Shown here one piece after another: positions 1 through 7,763 of a stretch of DNA of 64,000 bases. This DNA comes from Minisyncoccota bacterium (GTDB lineage Bacteria > Patescibacteriota > Minisyncoccia > Phycocordibacterales > UBA9973). The position numbers and the translations under genes are program-made. The stretch lies in NCBI GenBank assembly GCA_035714785.1, contig DASTLQ010000008.1:1713-65712 (forward strand), written 5' to 3'. The notes beneath the pieces are model-generated. The model was not told where the DNA came from. It saw only the letters and a program-made list of their open reading frames with translations, and made no database searches. Every line of letters begins with the position of its first letter. The first letter of the stretch is position 1.

Positions 1-13
1 ATTTTAATTATAA

Positions 14-1819
14 TTACTGAATATTTGCTTTCGCTCGGCTGGCTGGACCTAGAAGTCCGTCAGCTACGAGACCAGCAGATGCTTGCCATGAGACAGCGGC
101 GGACATAGTACGCTTACCGCACCATCCGTCTACCACAAGTCCTGCATTTCTCTTCACATTGAAGAATGTCTGCCATGCACGACAAGCTTCACCCCTTGTT
201 CCCATTCTTACCAAAGCATTTCCAAATGCATAACCGGAAGCTCCGGGAGCATTTACGTTTGATACAGAATTACACCTTTCTCCTGTAGTAGTATTGAACA
301 GTTGTCCTGGAGGACAAAATACCAAAGCAGTGAAGGTTGTACATCTTTCACCTGTTGAAGTACTAAACATTTGCCCTGGAGGACAAGTTACCGGGGTATT
401 GGTTACTGGGGTAGGTGTTCTTTGTCTACTTCCTCCGCTAGAAGGATTGCTGGTTGCTGGGAATGCAATTGTATAGGTAAGAGTGTTGCCTGATACATTT
501 CCTCCTGCAGTTACACCCGCACTTACTGTACCTCCTGTATTTGTCGCAGGTACTGGTATGCCAGTCGTTGGGAATTTATATCCCGCAGCAGAAGTGAGTA
601 CCACTGTCGCCGTGTATACTTGCCCCGCACCAAAAGTGGTATCAGCAGGCGACCAAGTAATGCTTGTAACTGTGTAGGTAGCAGAACCCGCAGTGAGCGC
701 ACCTAGAGTGATAGGTGATGCATTTCGTTCTGGAACCACAAAACCAGTCACGCTCGGAGTCAATTCCCTAGGAGTTGGGGTAACGGAGTCTCCAATTGTA
801 TTGCCGATCAAGGTGATTTCTTTTTGTCCCAATGCTTTACCAGTCAAGGTCGCACCGTTTTCAAATGCAATCCCCGTTGTAGCGGGACCACCTAAAATCG
901 TTCCCTTAAAAGCCGAAGTGCTTCCGAGAGTGGTAGTTCCTGCCACTGCCCAGAAGACGTTGTCTGCTGAAGCATCACCGGTCAATAGTACATCTGTAGC
1001 TGAAGCGATGCTTAGATTTCCGGAAATTTGGAATATCCATACATCGTCAGCGTCACCACTTAAAGTCAGGTCGGTAGGAATCGTGACACCTGTATTAAAT
1101 GTATACACACCTGCTGGAAGAGTCATACCTCCGAGGTTTCCTGATCCAGCATTTAGAACAGTAGTCGCTGGAACTAGAGCCGCAGTATATGCTGCCTCCA
1201 TATCACCAACCGCTGTAGTCAACATAGATGAAGTGACTCCCCCTCCACCGGATTGATCCGAAGCATAAATTCTTCCTGTAACTAAAGATGAAGTAGCAAA
1301 TGTGCCTGTGGCATCAAGAACCAATCCAAATCCAGTCACATCCGAAGCTGCTGCAGGGCTGATTCCAAGGTCTCCCGTAATTGCAGTTACTCCTGTGCTG
1401 GTAATTCCTGTCTTAGACAAGAGGACGAAATCCCCTGCTGTTCCCAAATTCACAGCCGCTGGAGAAGAAGCCACTAAGTAAGTGAAACCACCCACTAAAG
1501 TATCAGTTCCTGGGCCAGTGGTAGGATTAGTAACCACTACATCCCGCGCTCCAGCTGTGCCCGCGGGAGTCGTAGCTGTGATTGTAGTAGCATTTACCAC
1601 ATTGACAGCTGTAGCTGCAACACCACCGACTGTCACAGTCGCAGTAGCGTCATCAAAACCAGTTCCTGTAATAGTGATAGCTGTGCCCCCCGTGGTTGCA
1701 CCAAAGTTTGGAGCAATGCTAGTGACCTCGGGAGCCGCCAAAACTAAAGAAGGACTTACTACCACCATAAATGCCAGAGCACCGAGACCAAAACCCAAAC
1801 TTTTAAATATATTTTTCAT
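14..1819 (-). CDS. Secreted surface protein: N-terminal signal peptide, IPT/TIG-like domain, ice-binding-like (DUF3494) beta-solenoid region, Thr/Gly-rich linker, CPPGQ..TGERC Cys repeats, C-terminal peptidoglycan-binding-like domain
   Basis: The 601-aa ORF starts with a hydrophobic signal peptide (MKNIFKSLGFGLGALAFMVVVSPSLVLA). A TGTGF..VGG block looks like IPT/TIG. AVNLGTAGDFVLLSKTGITSTG...ITGDLGISP matches the DUF3494 ice-binding-like signature. The C-terminus (..LVVDGWCG..AVSWQASAGLVADGLLGP) resembles PG_binding_1. Confidence 0.6.
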   Translation of the reverse strand: MKNIFKSLGFGLGALAFMVVVSPSLVLAAPEVTSIAPNFGATTGGTAITITGTGFDDATATVTVGGVAATAVNVVNATTITATTPAGTAGARDVVVTNPTTGPGTDTLVGGFTYLVASSPAAVNLGTAGDFVLLSKTGITSTGVTAITGDLGISPAAASDVTGFGLVLDATGTFATSSLVTGRIYASDQSGGGGVTSSMLTTAVGDMEAAYTAALVPATTVLNAGSGNLGGMTLPAGVYTFNTGVTIPTDLTLSGDADDVWIFQISGNLSIASATDVLLTGDASADNVFWAVAGTTTLGSTSAFKGTILGGPATTGIAFENGATLTGKALGQKEITLIGNTIGDSVTPTPRELTPSVTGFVVPERNASPITLGALTAGSATYTVTSITWSPADTTFGAGQVYTATVVLTSAAGYKFPTTGIPVPATNTGGTVSAGVTAGGNVSGNTLTYTIAFPATSNPSSGGSRQRTPTPVTNTPVTCPPGQMFSTSTGERCTTFTALVFCPPGQLFNTTTGERCNSVSNVNAPGASGYAFGNALVRMGTRGEACRAWQTFFNVKRNAGLVVDGWCGKRTMSAAVSWQASAGLVADGLLGPASRAKANIQ

Positions 1820-2077
1820 ATTATTTTATTTTTCGCACAATTAATAATGCCCCAAGGCCGGCTGAACCGCTTGGGGTTGGTTGTTAAGAAAATTATTTAT
1901 AATAAAAAGCTTCTCTAAAAAAATAGAGGAGCGTGAATGAAATTTCGACTTTTCACCCATTTGATTGTGATTGTTCATAACAACACACACGCAGACGTAC
2001 GAATCCTAGTCATATTACAGGTTATATCTATTGACGAGTGACGGGTGGATGTATTACAGTTGTGCGCTTACACACTC

Positions 2078-2131
2078 CAAAAAGCCCTTACGCTATGTAA
2101 GGACTTTTTAGATGAAAACTATGTATGCGCG
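2078..2131. repeat. 55-bp direct repeat, copy 1 (terminator-like hairpin AAAAGCCCTTAC..GTAAGGACTTTTT plus conserved 20-nt tail); second copy at 2770-2822
   Basis: Near-identical copies at 2076-2131 and 2770-2822 flank the histidine-phosphatase gene. Copy 2 abuts the 3' end of tRNA-Asp and shares its last 3-4 nt. Confidence 0.7.
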
Positions 2132-2213
2132 ACTTAGTGAACGAAGTGGGAACTGCTATACGACAACATAAGGGTTATATTTTTATCCCTAATTTAGGCA
2201 AAAGATTTTGAAG

Positions 2214-2741
2214 TTATTTTAGTATCTTATCTAAATCAAAAGCATGGACTGATGCATTGCCGATTTCTTCCATAGCTTCGTTAGTTTCTAAGAATTGAAG
2301 CATCCTCACAATTCCACCATGTGCAACAATCAGGGCTTCTCCATCAGAGTTTTCTGATTTAATTTTTTCTAAAATAGACAGAACTCTTCTCTTTACATCC
2401 TCAACCTTTTCACCCGAAGGACCCCAATCATAATCCTGCTTTTTATGCCTTTCTTTATGTTCTTCCAAAAAAGGCGTTCCTTCTAAGATGCCGAAGTTTA
2501 CTTCCTTTAATTCATCATGGTGGGTCAAATCAACTCCCAGCTTATCATTTAGAACTTGCGCTGTTTGTTTGGCTCTATTTAAAGAAGACGAGTAAATACG
2601 CTTTATGGTGTTTGGTAAGGACAATGCGGCTTGTTTTGCCTGCTCAAATCCCTCAGGAGCTAGAGTGTCGTGCAAACTTCCATTTATAAGACCTTGTTTA
2701 TTCATTTCTGTGAGGCCATGCCTAATTACATATATTTTCAT
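2214..2741 (-). CDS. Histidine phosphatase family protein (phosphoglycerate mutase-like)
   Basis: MKIYVIRHGLTEMN is the RHG catalytic motif. The size (175 aa) and a C-terminal AHGG motif fit the family. Confidence 0.7.
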   Translation of the reverse strand: MKIYVIRHGLTEMNKQGLINGSLHDTLAPEGFEQAKQAALSLPNTIKRIYSSSLNRAKQTAQVLNDKLGVDLTHHDELKEVNFGILEGTPFLEEHKERHKKQDYDWGPSGEKVEDVKRRVLSILEKIKSENSDGEALIVAHGGIVRMLQFLETNEAMEEIGNASVHAFDLDKILK

Positions 2742-2769
2742 AGGTAAATAATATCACACTCGGTTGGAA

Positions 2770-2822
2770 CTAAAAAGCCCTTACTATGCAAGGACTTTTT
2801 AGGTGAAAACTATGTATGCGCG
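2770..2822. repeat. 55-bp direct repeat, copy 2 (terminator-like hairpin downstream of tRNA-Asp)
   Basis: Same sequence as 2078-2131. The hairpin has an A-run before it and a T-run after it. Confidence 0.7.
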
Positions 2823-2893
2823 GCCGACCGGACTTGAACCGGCAACCTCGTCCGTGACAGGGACGCGATCTAACCAAATTGATCTACGGCCGC
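2819..2893 (-). tRNA. tRNA-Asp (GTC)
   Basis: The reverse complement folds as a cloverleaf: acceptor GCGGCCG/CGGCCGC, D-arm, anticodon loop CTGTCAC (GTC), T-loop GGTTCAAGTCC. Confidence 0.8.
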
Positions 2894-3036
2894 ATACTCT
2901 TATATTTTTCAAAAACCTTCCGCTTCCTGTCTAAAAACAGGCCAGAAACGTCTTTTGCCCCCTTATTATACATGAAATCGTATAATTTCAAAGAGAGTGA
3001 AATATGAACAATTTATACCGTAGTTTATGCTTTGTG

Positions 3037-3107
3037 TCGGGGGTGGGGATTGAACCCACGACCTGAGGGTTATGATTCCTCCGCTCTGCCAACTGAGCTA
3101 CCCCGAC
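3037..3107 (-). tRNA. tRNA-Met/Ile2 (CAT anticodon)
   Basis: The reverse complement is GTCGGGGTAGCTCAGTTGGCAGAGCG..ATCATAA..GGTTCAATCC..CCCCGAC. Acceptor, D, anticodon (CAT) and T arms are all identifiable. Confidence 0.75.
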
Positions 3108-3784
3108 AAAATATTCTCTTTCATTGCCCTAATTAAACCTAGCATTTTATATTTTAAGTTCTTTCCTCTTCTTACCACTAACCTACATGTACCATAGTAA
3201 TTATCATAATTAGCGTATACCTTACTAACCTTAGTATTTACATAATAAGGCTTTCTTAATTGACTATTTTGTAAGTTTAGCAGTTTTTTCCAAAAACTCA
3301 AGACCACATTTATTCGTTCTTCATGAATCCTATTAATCTGAATTGAGCACACAATTTCTTCAGAAGGTATCTGTAAAACATCCACTAAAAATAATTTCAT
3401 AATCAAAATCATTTCTGGATCTGAATTCACAAATATAAAACCCGAAGTGCTATCACTTTTTGATCCTTCGCTCCAATATAAAGCTGTAGCAATTAATAAT
3501 AATTCTTTTTTTGAAATTTTTTCAACATGCTGTTTACCCCAGTCATTAGCATTATTAATGGCATCTCGTTTTTTCTTTCTATTTGATTCTGCTCCCATCC
3601 ATCTACCCATAACACTTCCTTTTTGTTTTTTTAATTTTTCTATTTGTTCAGAACTAAGTAATATATCCCTACACCAAAGACTTACAGCACTTTTAGAAAC
3701 CTCGAGGGCTTTTGCAATTACCACAATAGACATCCCATTTGCCCTCATCTTTCGTGCTTCTATTTTCTTGTCATATTTAGCCAT
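3098..3784 (-). CDS. HTH-domain protein with possible LAGLIDADG-like homing-endonuclease fold (free-standing); the 3' end overlaps the tRNA(CAT) gene by about 10 nt
   Basis: The N-terminus carries a resolvase/IS-type HTH (ANGMSIVVIAKALEVSKSAVSLWCRD). The segment LLLIATALYWSEGSKSDSTSGFIFVNSD resembles a LAGLIDADG helix followed by beta strands. The start is probably at MAKYDKK. The assignment is weak. Confidence 0.35.
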   Translation of the reverse strand: MAKYDKKIEARKMRANGMSIVVIAKALEVSKSAVSLWCRDILLSSEQIEKLKKQKGSVMGRWMGAESNRKKKRDAINNANDWGKQHVEKISKKELLLIATALYWSEGSKSDSTSGFIFVNSDPEMILIMKLFLVDVLQIPSEEIVCSIQINRIHEERINVVLSFWKKLLNLQNSQLRKPYYVNTKVSKVYANYDNYYGTCRLVVRRGKNLKYKMLGLIRAMKENILSG

Positions 3785-3859
3785 ACATAAATGGTATAAC
3801 ACAAAATAAAGATATATAAACCTTGCAAAATCAGCAAAAATAAGCTATTATTTCTTACA

Positions 3860-4166
3860 GCGGGGTAGAGAAGTGGTATCTCACAAGGCTCAAATATGGG
3901 CCCCCCAATGAGAAATCATTGAGAGTGCATTTGCCAAATTCGGGGAAATCCTCCCTTTTCTTATGAAAAGAAAGACAATCCCGAGCTAAATCCTATATTT
4001 TTTATAGGTAAATGTGTAGAGACTAGATGGTAAACTCCTGCCTTTTAGGAAGGAGATGGTATAGTCCAGACCACAAATTTATCTTTAGCCTTTGGCTAGA
4101 GAGGAGCAGCGAAAGCTGTAGTGGTAAGCATAACCTTGAGACAGCCGTTCGAATCGGCTCCCCGCA
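3860..4166 (+). tRNA. tRNA (CAT anticodon; Met or Ile2) interrupted by a 238-nt group I intron in the anticodon loop
   Basis: The 5' exon is GCGGGGTAGAGAAGTGGTATCTCACAAGGCT and the 3' exon is CATAACCTTG..AGCCGTTCGAATCGGCTCCCCGCA. Together they give acceptor, D, anticodon (CT|CATAA) and T arms. The exon ends in U and the intron ends in G. Confidence 0.55.
3891..4128 (+). other. Group I intron (no ORF) within tRNA(CAT)
   Basis: The sequence contains an R-like element (TGTAGAGACTAGATGG) and an S-like element (GATGGTATAGTCCAGACC). The 5' splice site follows U and the intron ends in G. Confidence 0.55.
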
Positions 4167-4175
4167 ACACTAAAA

Positions 4176-4215
4176 GAAAAGCCCTTTTCCGGCGACGGAG
4201 TGGGGCTTTTCTTGT
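4176..4215 (+). terminator. Intrinsic terminator hairpin after the intron-containing tRNA
   Basis: The stem is AAAAGCCC..GGGGCTTTT with a T-run after it. Confidence 0.5.
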
Positions 4216-4277
4216 GTCTTCTTGTGCCTTTTTGCGCGCCAATTTTGTGCCTACACTTACGTGTCTTGCGCGCAAAT

Positions 4278-4928
4278 TTATATAAATCCGTACTCGCGGA
4301 AAATCTGCTCGTAGAGAGTCACTATCCTTTTCGCTTCCCTGCTAGTAATCACAAAATCGGATCCTTCGTGTGCTATTTTATTTCGGACTGCATGAGCTTC
4401 CCATGCGATAGACAAACTTCTAAATTTCTTTGGATCTGCTGATTTTAATTTCTCGCCGAGACTTTCTCCCTGAAAGCCAAGCTGGTCCATGAGAGCATCA
4501 AGCATCGTGTCCGCTTCCATGATAGCTATCTTCCATTGCGCAGGATCTGCTGAAGAGAGGCTGTTTATGATACCCACCCAGCGAGGATTGCCGGAGAGCA
4601 TTTCTGCTTTTCGACGAGCCTTTTCTCTTTCAGCTTCATGGTGGGCATATTCTTCTATCTCATGGTGAAGGTGTTCGTGCTCCTTTCTTCTTATTTCAAA
4701 CATGCGGACTGTCGTGTAAACGAGAACAAAGAAACAGAACATTGCGAGCATAGCCATTATTCCCTTTGTGATTTTCCATGTATTCTCATTAAAAATCTGC
4801 GGGAGAAAATCTCCGATAGCGTTCCAAAACTTGTAGAACTGATATTCCCACTGAAGAAACATCGAACCCCCCGGTGAAGTGTTACCGAATACTGGGCTCT
4901 GCTGAATTGATGGTTGTAAGATATCCAT
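4278..4928 (-). CDS. Hypothetical membrane protein (downstream of gatA, same operon)
   Basis: The 216-aa ORF has one TM helix (IMAMLAMFCFFVLVYTTV) and a His/Glu-rich segment. It abuts the gatA stop. Confidence 0.5.
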   Translation of the reverse strand: MDILQPSIQQSPVFGNTSPGGSMFLQWEYQFYKFWNAIGDFLPQIFNENTWKITKGIMAMLAMFCFFVLVYTTVRMFEIRRKEHEHLHHEIEEYAHHEAEREKARRKAEMLSGNPRWVGIINSLSSADPAQWKIAIMEADTMLDALMDQLGFQGESLGEKLKSADPKKFRSLSIAWEAHAVRNKIAHEGSDFVITSREAKRIVTLYEQIFREYGFI

Positions 4929-6386
4929 TTATTTTAAATCTTTTTCTAAGGGAAATAGTGAATAATCCTGGCCCGTAGGGGCGGTGAAAAGCATCCCGAA
5001 AGGTAGCCCTTCTTTAGAAAGACCAGACGGAATAGAGATAGACGGCAGGCCAGCGAGGTTTGCAGAAACTGTAAAAATATCGGAAAGGTACATTTCGACT
5101 GGATCTTTTTTCGCTCCAAATTTGAATGCGGGAGTAGGGGTGGTTGGTGTCATTACAAAATCTACTTCTTTAAAAATGCCATCGTATTCTTTCATGATAG
5201 CACGACGAACTTTCCATGCCTGATTATAGTAAGCGTCGTAATATCCGTGCGAGAGTACATATGTACCGAGCATCACTCTTCTGCGAGTTTCTTGGCCAAA
5301 GCCTAGGGCACGAGTTTTTTTATATGAGTCAGACACACTTTCCCCTTCTTCGCGAAGACCGTATCGAACTCCGTCCAACCGAGAAAGATTTGTAGAAACT
5401 TCTGCTGGCATGATTATATAGTACACGGCCAGAGAATACTTTGAATATGGGAGCGAAATATCTTTTATTTCATATCCTGCCTTTTTGAGCTTTTCTACGG
5501 AGTGCTCGAAATTTTGAAGCACTTCCGGATCTATTCCTTCTTTCAAGAAATCCCTTGGTATACCTATCCTTTTTAGGTGTAAGGGTAAGGGGTCCCCTTG
5601 CATGTTTGCGTGTAAGGGGTCCCCTTGCATGTTAAAGGGTCCGCCTTCGCTCTGCGAAGGTGGACCCTTAGATGTGCCATCCATTTCATCACGTCCCGCG
5701 ATGCATTCAAATACTATCCTTGCATCCTCAGAGGTTTTTGCCATCGGGCCGATTACGTCGAGCGATGAAGACATGGCAGTAAGACCGCTTCGGGAAACGG
5801 CTCCATAGGTAGGCTTCATTCCCACTACTCCGCAAAAACTAGCAGGCTGACGAATAGAACCACCCGTATCAGATCCAAGTGATGCGAGTGCCATTCCTCC
5901 TGCCACCGCAGCAGCCGAACCGCCCGAAGAACCGCCCGGTACTCTGGAGGGATCTAGCGGATTTCTCACTGGGCCATATGCAGAATTTTCGGTAGAAGAT
6001 CCCATGGCAAATTCGTCCATGTTTGTTCTACCGATTAGCACTGCTCCAGCTTCTTTCAATTTCTTTATCACGAAAGCATCATAGCTTGCTCGATAATTTT
6101 CAAGCATTTTTGAACCAGAGCTGTTTATTTTTCCATTCACTAAAATATTATCTTTCACTGCGATTGGAATTCCAGTGAGCGGTCCTCCTTCTCCCCTTTT
6201 TATTTTCTCATCCGCCTTTTTTGCTTCCTCTAGTGCACCTGCAAAAACTTCTAGAAAAATATTTAGCTCCTTGTTTTTTTCTTCTATGCGTGCGAGGCAT
6301 GCAGAAACTAAATCCACCGAGGTTATTTCTCCGGCTTGCATCATCTCTCCCGCTTTTTTAATTGTCAGTGAGTCTATGTCGATCAT
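4929..6386 (-). CDS. gatA: Glu-tRNA(Gln)/Asp-tRNA(Asn) amidotransferase subunit A, carrying an in-frame REP-derived insertion
   Basis: The amidase signature is present (GPLTGIPIAVKDNI, GGSSGGSAAAVA). A repeat at 5576-5670 is translated in frame as GPFNMQGDPLHANMQGDPLPLHL. Confidence 0.9.
   Translation of the reverse strand: MIDIDSLTIKKAGEMMQAGEITSVDLVSACLARIEEKNKELNIFLEVFAGALEEAKKADEKIKRGEGGPLTGIPIAVKDNILVNGKINSSGSKMLENYRASYDAFVIKKLKEAGAVLIGRTNMDEFAMGSSTENSAYGPVRNPLDPSRVPGGSSGGSAAAVAGGMALASLGSDTGGSIRQPASFCGVVGMKPTYGAVSRSGLTAMSSSLDVIGPMAKTSEDARIVFECIAGRDEMDGTSKGPPSQSEGGPFNMQGDPLHANMQGDPLPLHLKRIGIPRDFLKEGIDPEVLQNFEHSVEKLKKAGYEIKDISLPYSKYSLAVYYIIMPAEVSTNLSRLDGVRYGLREEGESVSDSYKKTRALGFGQETRRRVMLGTYVLSHGYYDAYYNQAWKVRRAIMKEYDGIFKEVDFVMTPTTPTPAFKFGAKKDPVEMYLSDIFTVSANLAGLPSISIPSGLSKEGLPFGMLFTAPTGQDYSLFPLEKDLK
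5576..5670. repeat. REP-like palindromic repeat cluster R1 (2 core units plus module-B palindrome) inside the gatA CDS
   Basis: GGTAAGGGGTCCCCTTGCATGTTTGCGTGTAAGGGGTCCCCTTGCATGTTAAAGGGTCCGCCTTCGCTCTGCGAAGGTGGACCCTT. Confidence 0.85.
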
Positions 6387-6664
6387 TAGAGTATCTTTTT
6401 AACTTTCACAAATCCATCTTGGGAATCTGGAAACTGATTTAAAATTTCTTCACGCGAAAACTGGCGGGGACGGGCCTCGTCTTCTCGCCACACATTCTTT
6501 TGCACTGGCTCAGTATCAGCATCAGTTTCATCGATTTTGGCCTCTCGGATTTGCTCAATATAGCCCAAAATCCCCTCTAGGTCTGCGGAAAGGGCGTCCT
6601 TTTCACTGTCTTCTAAATTAAGCTTGGCTAGCTCTGCCAGCTTCTCAATATCCTTTATTTCCAT
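6386..6664 (-). CDS. gatC: Glu-tRNA(Gln) amidotransferase subunit C
   Basis: The 92-aa ORF overlaps the gatA start by 1 nt (ATGA). The motif ..LAKLNLEDSE..ILGYIEQI.. is typical of GatC. Confidence 0.85.
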   Translation of the reverse strand: MEIKDIEKLAELAKLNLEDSEKDALSADLEGILGYIEQIREAKIDETDADTEPVQKNVWREDEARPRQFSREEILNQFPDSQDGFVKVKKIL

Positions 6665-6680
6665 GCTGAAATTATAGCAC

Positions 6681-6855
6681 GTGTAAGGGGTCCCCTTGCA
6701 TGTTATCCACAGGTAAGGGTGGTGGGTGTGGATAAAGTGTAAGGGGTCCCCTTACATGTTGGTGGGAAAGGGTCCACCTTCGCTAAGGGTCCGCCTTCGC
6801 CTCTGGCGAAGGTGGACCCTTAAAGGTGGACCCTTAAAGGGGTTCCTTTACACTT
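6681..6855. repeat. REP-like repeat cluster R2 (2 core units, 2 DnaA-box 9-mers, 2.5 copies of module B)
   Basis: GTGTAAGGGGTCCCCTTGCATGTTATCCACAGG...GTGTGGATAAAGTGTAAGGGGTCCCCTTACATG...AAGGGTCCGCCTTCGCCTCTGGCGAAGGTGGACCCTT. It lies between the htpX stop and the gatC start. Confidence 0.85.
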
Positions 6856-7735
6856 TGCCGAGAAGGGCGCTGATGCGGGCTTCTACAGGAGGGTGGGTGG
6901 CGAAAAGGCCTGTAATTTTCTTCCGGATGGTAGAGCCTTTTGGATCAGAGATATATAGGTGCGCAATCGCCTGACTTTGTCTTTTCATTGGCTGAGAATA
7001 TTGTGAAATTTTTCGCAGGGCGTTTGCCAATCCTTCTGGATACCTTGTGAGAAGTGCACCAGACGCATCAGCAAGAAATTCTCGTCTTCGAGAAATAGCT
7101 AGGCGAATCAGGGAAGCAAAAATTGGGGAAAGAATCACCAGCACTATTCCCACGATCATGAAAACATTTGCTCCACGATTTTCATTGCTTCTACCTGCAC
7201 CAAAAATATGACTGCGTATAAAAACATCTGCAATGATAGTCACAAATCCTACCAGCACTACTGCCACTGTTGAAATCAGCATGTCTCTGTTTCCAATGTG
7301 AGAAAGTTCATGACCAATCACGCCTTCCATTTCATTCTTTTCAAGTATCGCCAAAAGGCCAGTAGTGACCGCAACCACGGCATGATTTTTGTCTCTACCA
7401 GTAGCAAAGGCATTAGGAGCAGGATCATTTATCACATAGAGCTTTGGCATGGGAAGACCTGCCGTAATCGAAAGATTTTCGACAGTGGTGTACAGATCAA
7501 AGTATTCCTCCTTTCTGGCTTCTTTTGCCCCAGAGAGAGACAGCACCACTTTATCTGAAAACCAATAAGAAAATATATTCATCAAGATGCTGAATATTAG
7601 GAAGTAATACAGAATATTAGGATTGCCGTAATAGAAGGAAAAAAACCAGCCGAGTGCTATCACCACTGCCAGGAAGACCGTCATTAGTATCCAAGTCTTA
7701 GTAACATTTTTTGATTGTTCTGTGTATAGTGTCAT
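6848..7735 (-). CDS. htpX: Zinc metalloprotease HtpX (M48 family)
   Basis: HELSHIGNRD is the HExxH motif. There are four TM segments in an M48 architecture. Confidence 0.8.
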   Translation of the reverse strand: MTLYTEQSKNVTKTWILMTVFLAVVIALGWFFSFYYGNPNILYYFLIFSILMNIFSYWFSDKVVLSLSGAKEARKEEYFDLYTTVENLSITAGLPMPKLYVINDPAPNAFATGRDKNHAVVAVTTGLLAILEKNEMEGVIGHELSHIGNRDMLISTVAVVLVGFVTIIADVFIRSHIFGAGRSNENRGANVFMIVGIVLVILSPIFASLIRLAISRRREFLADASGALLTRYPEGLANALRKISQYSQPMKRQSQAIAHLYISDPKGSTIRKKITGLFATHPPVEARISALLGKV

Positions 7736-7763
7736 AGATATTTTATAGCATAAGTATTAAAGT

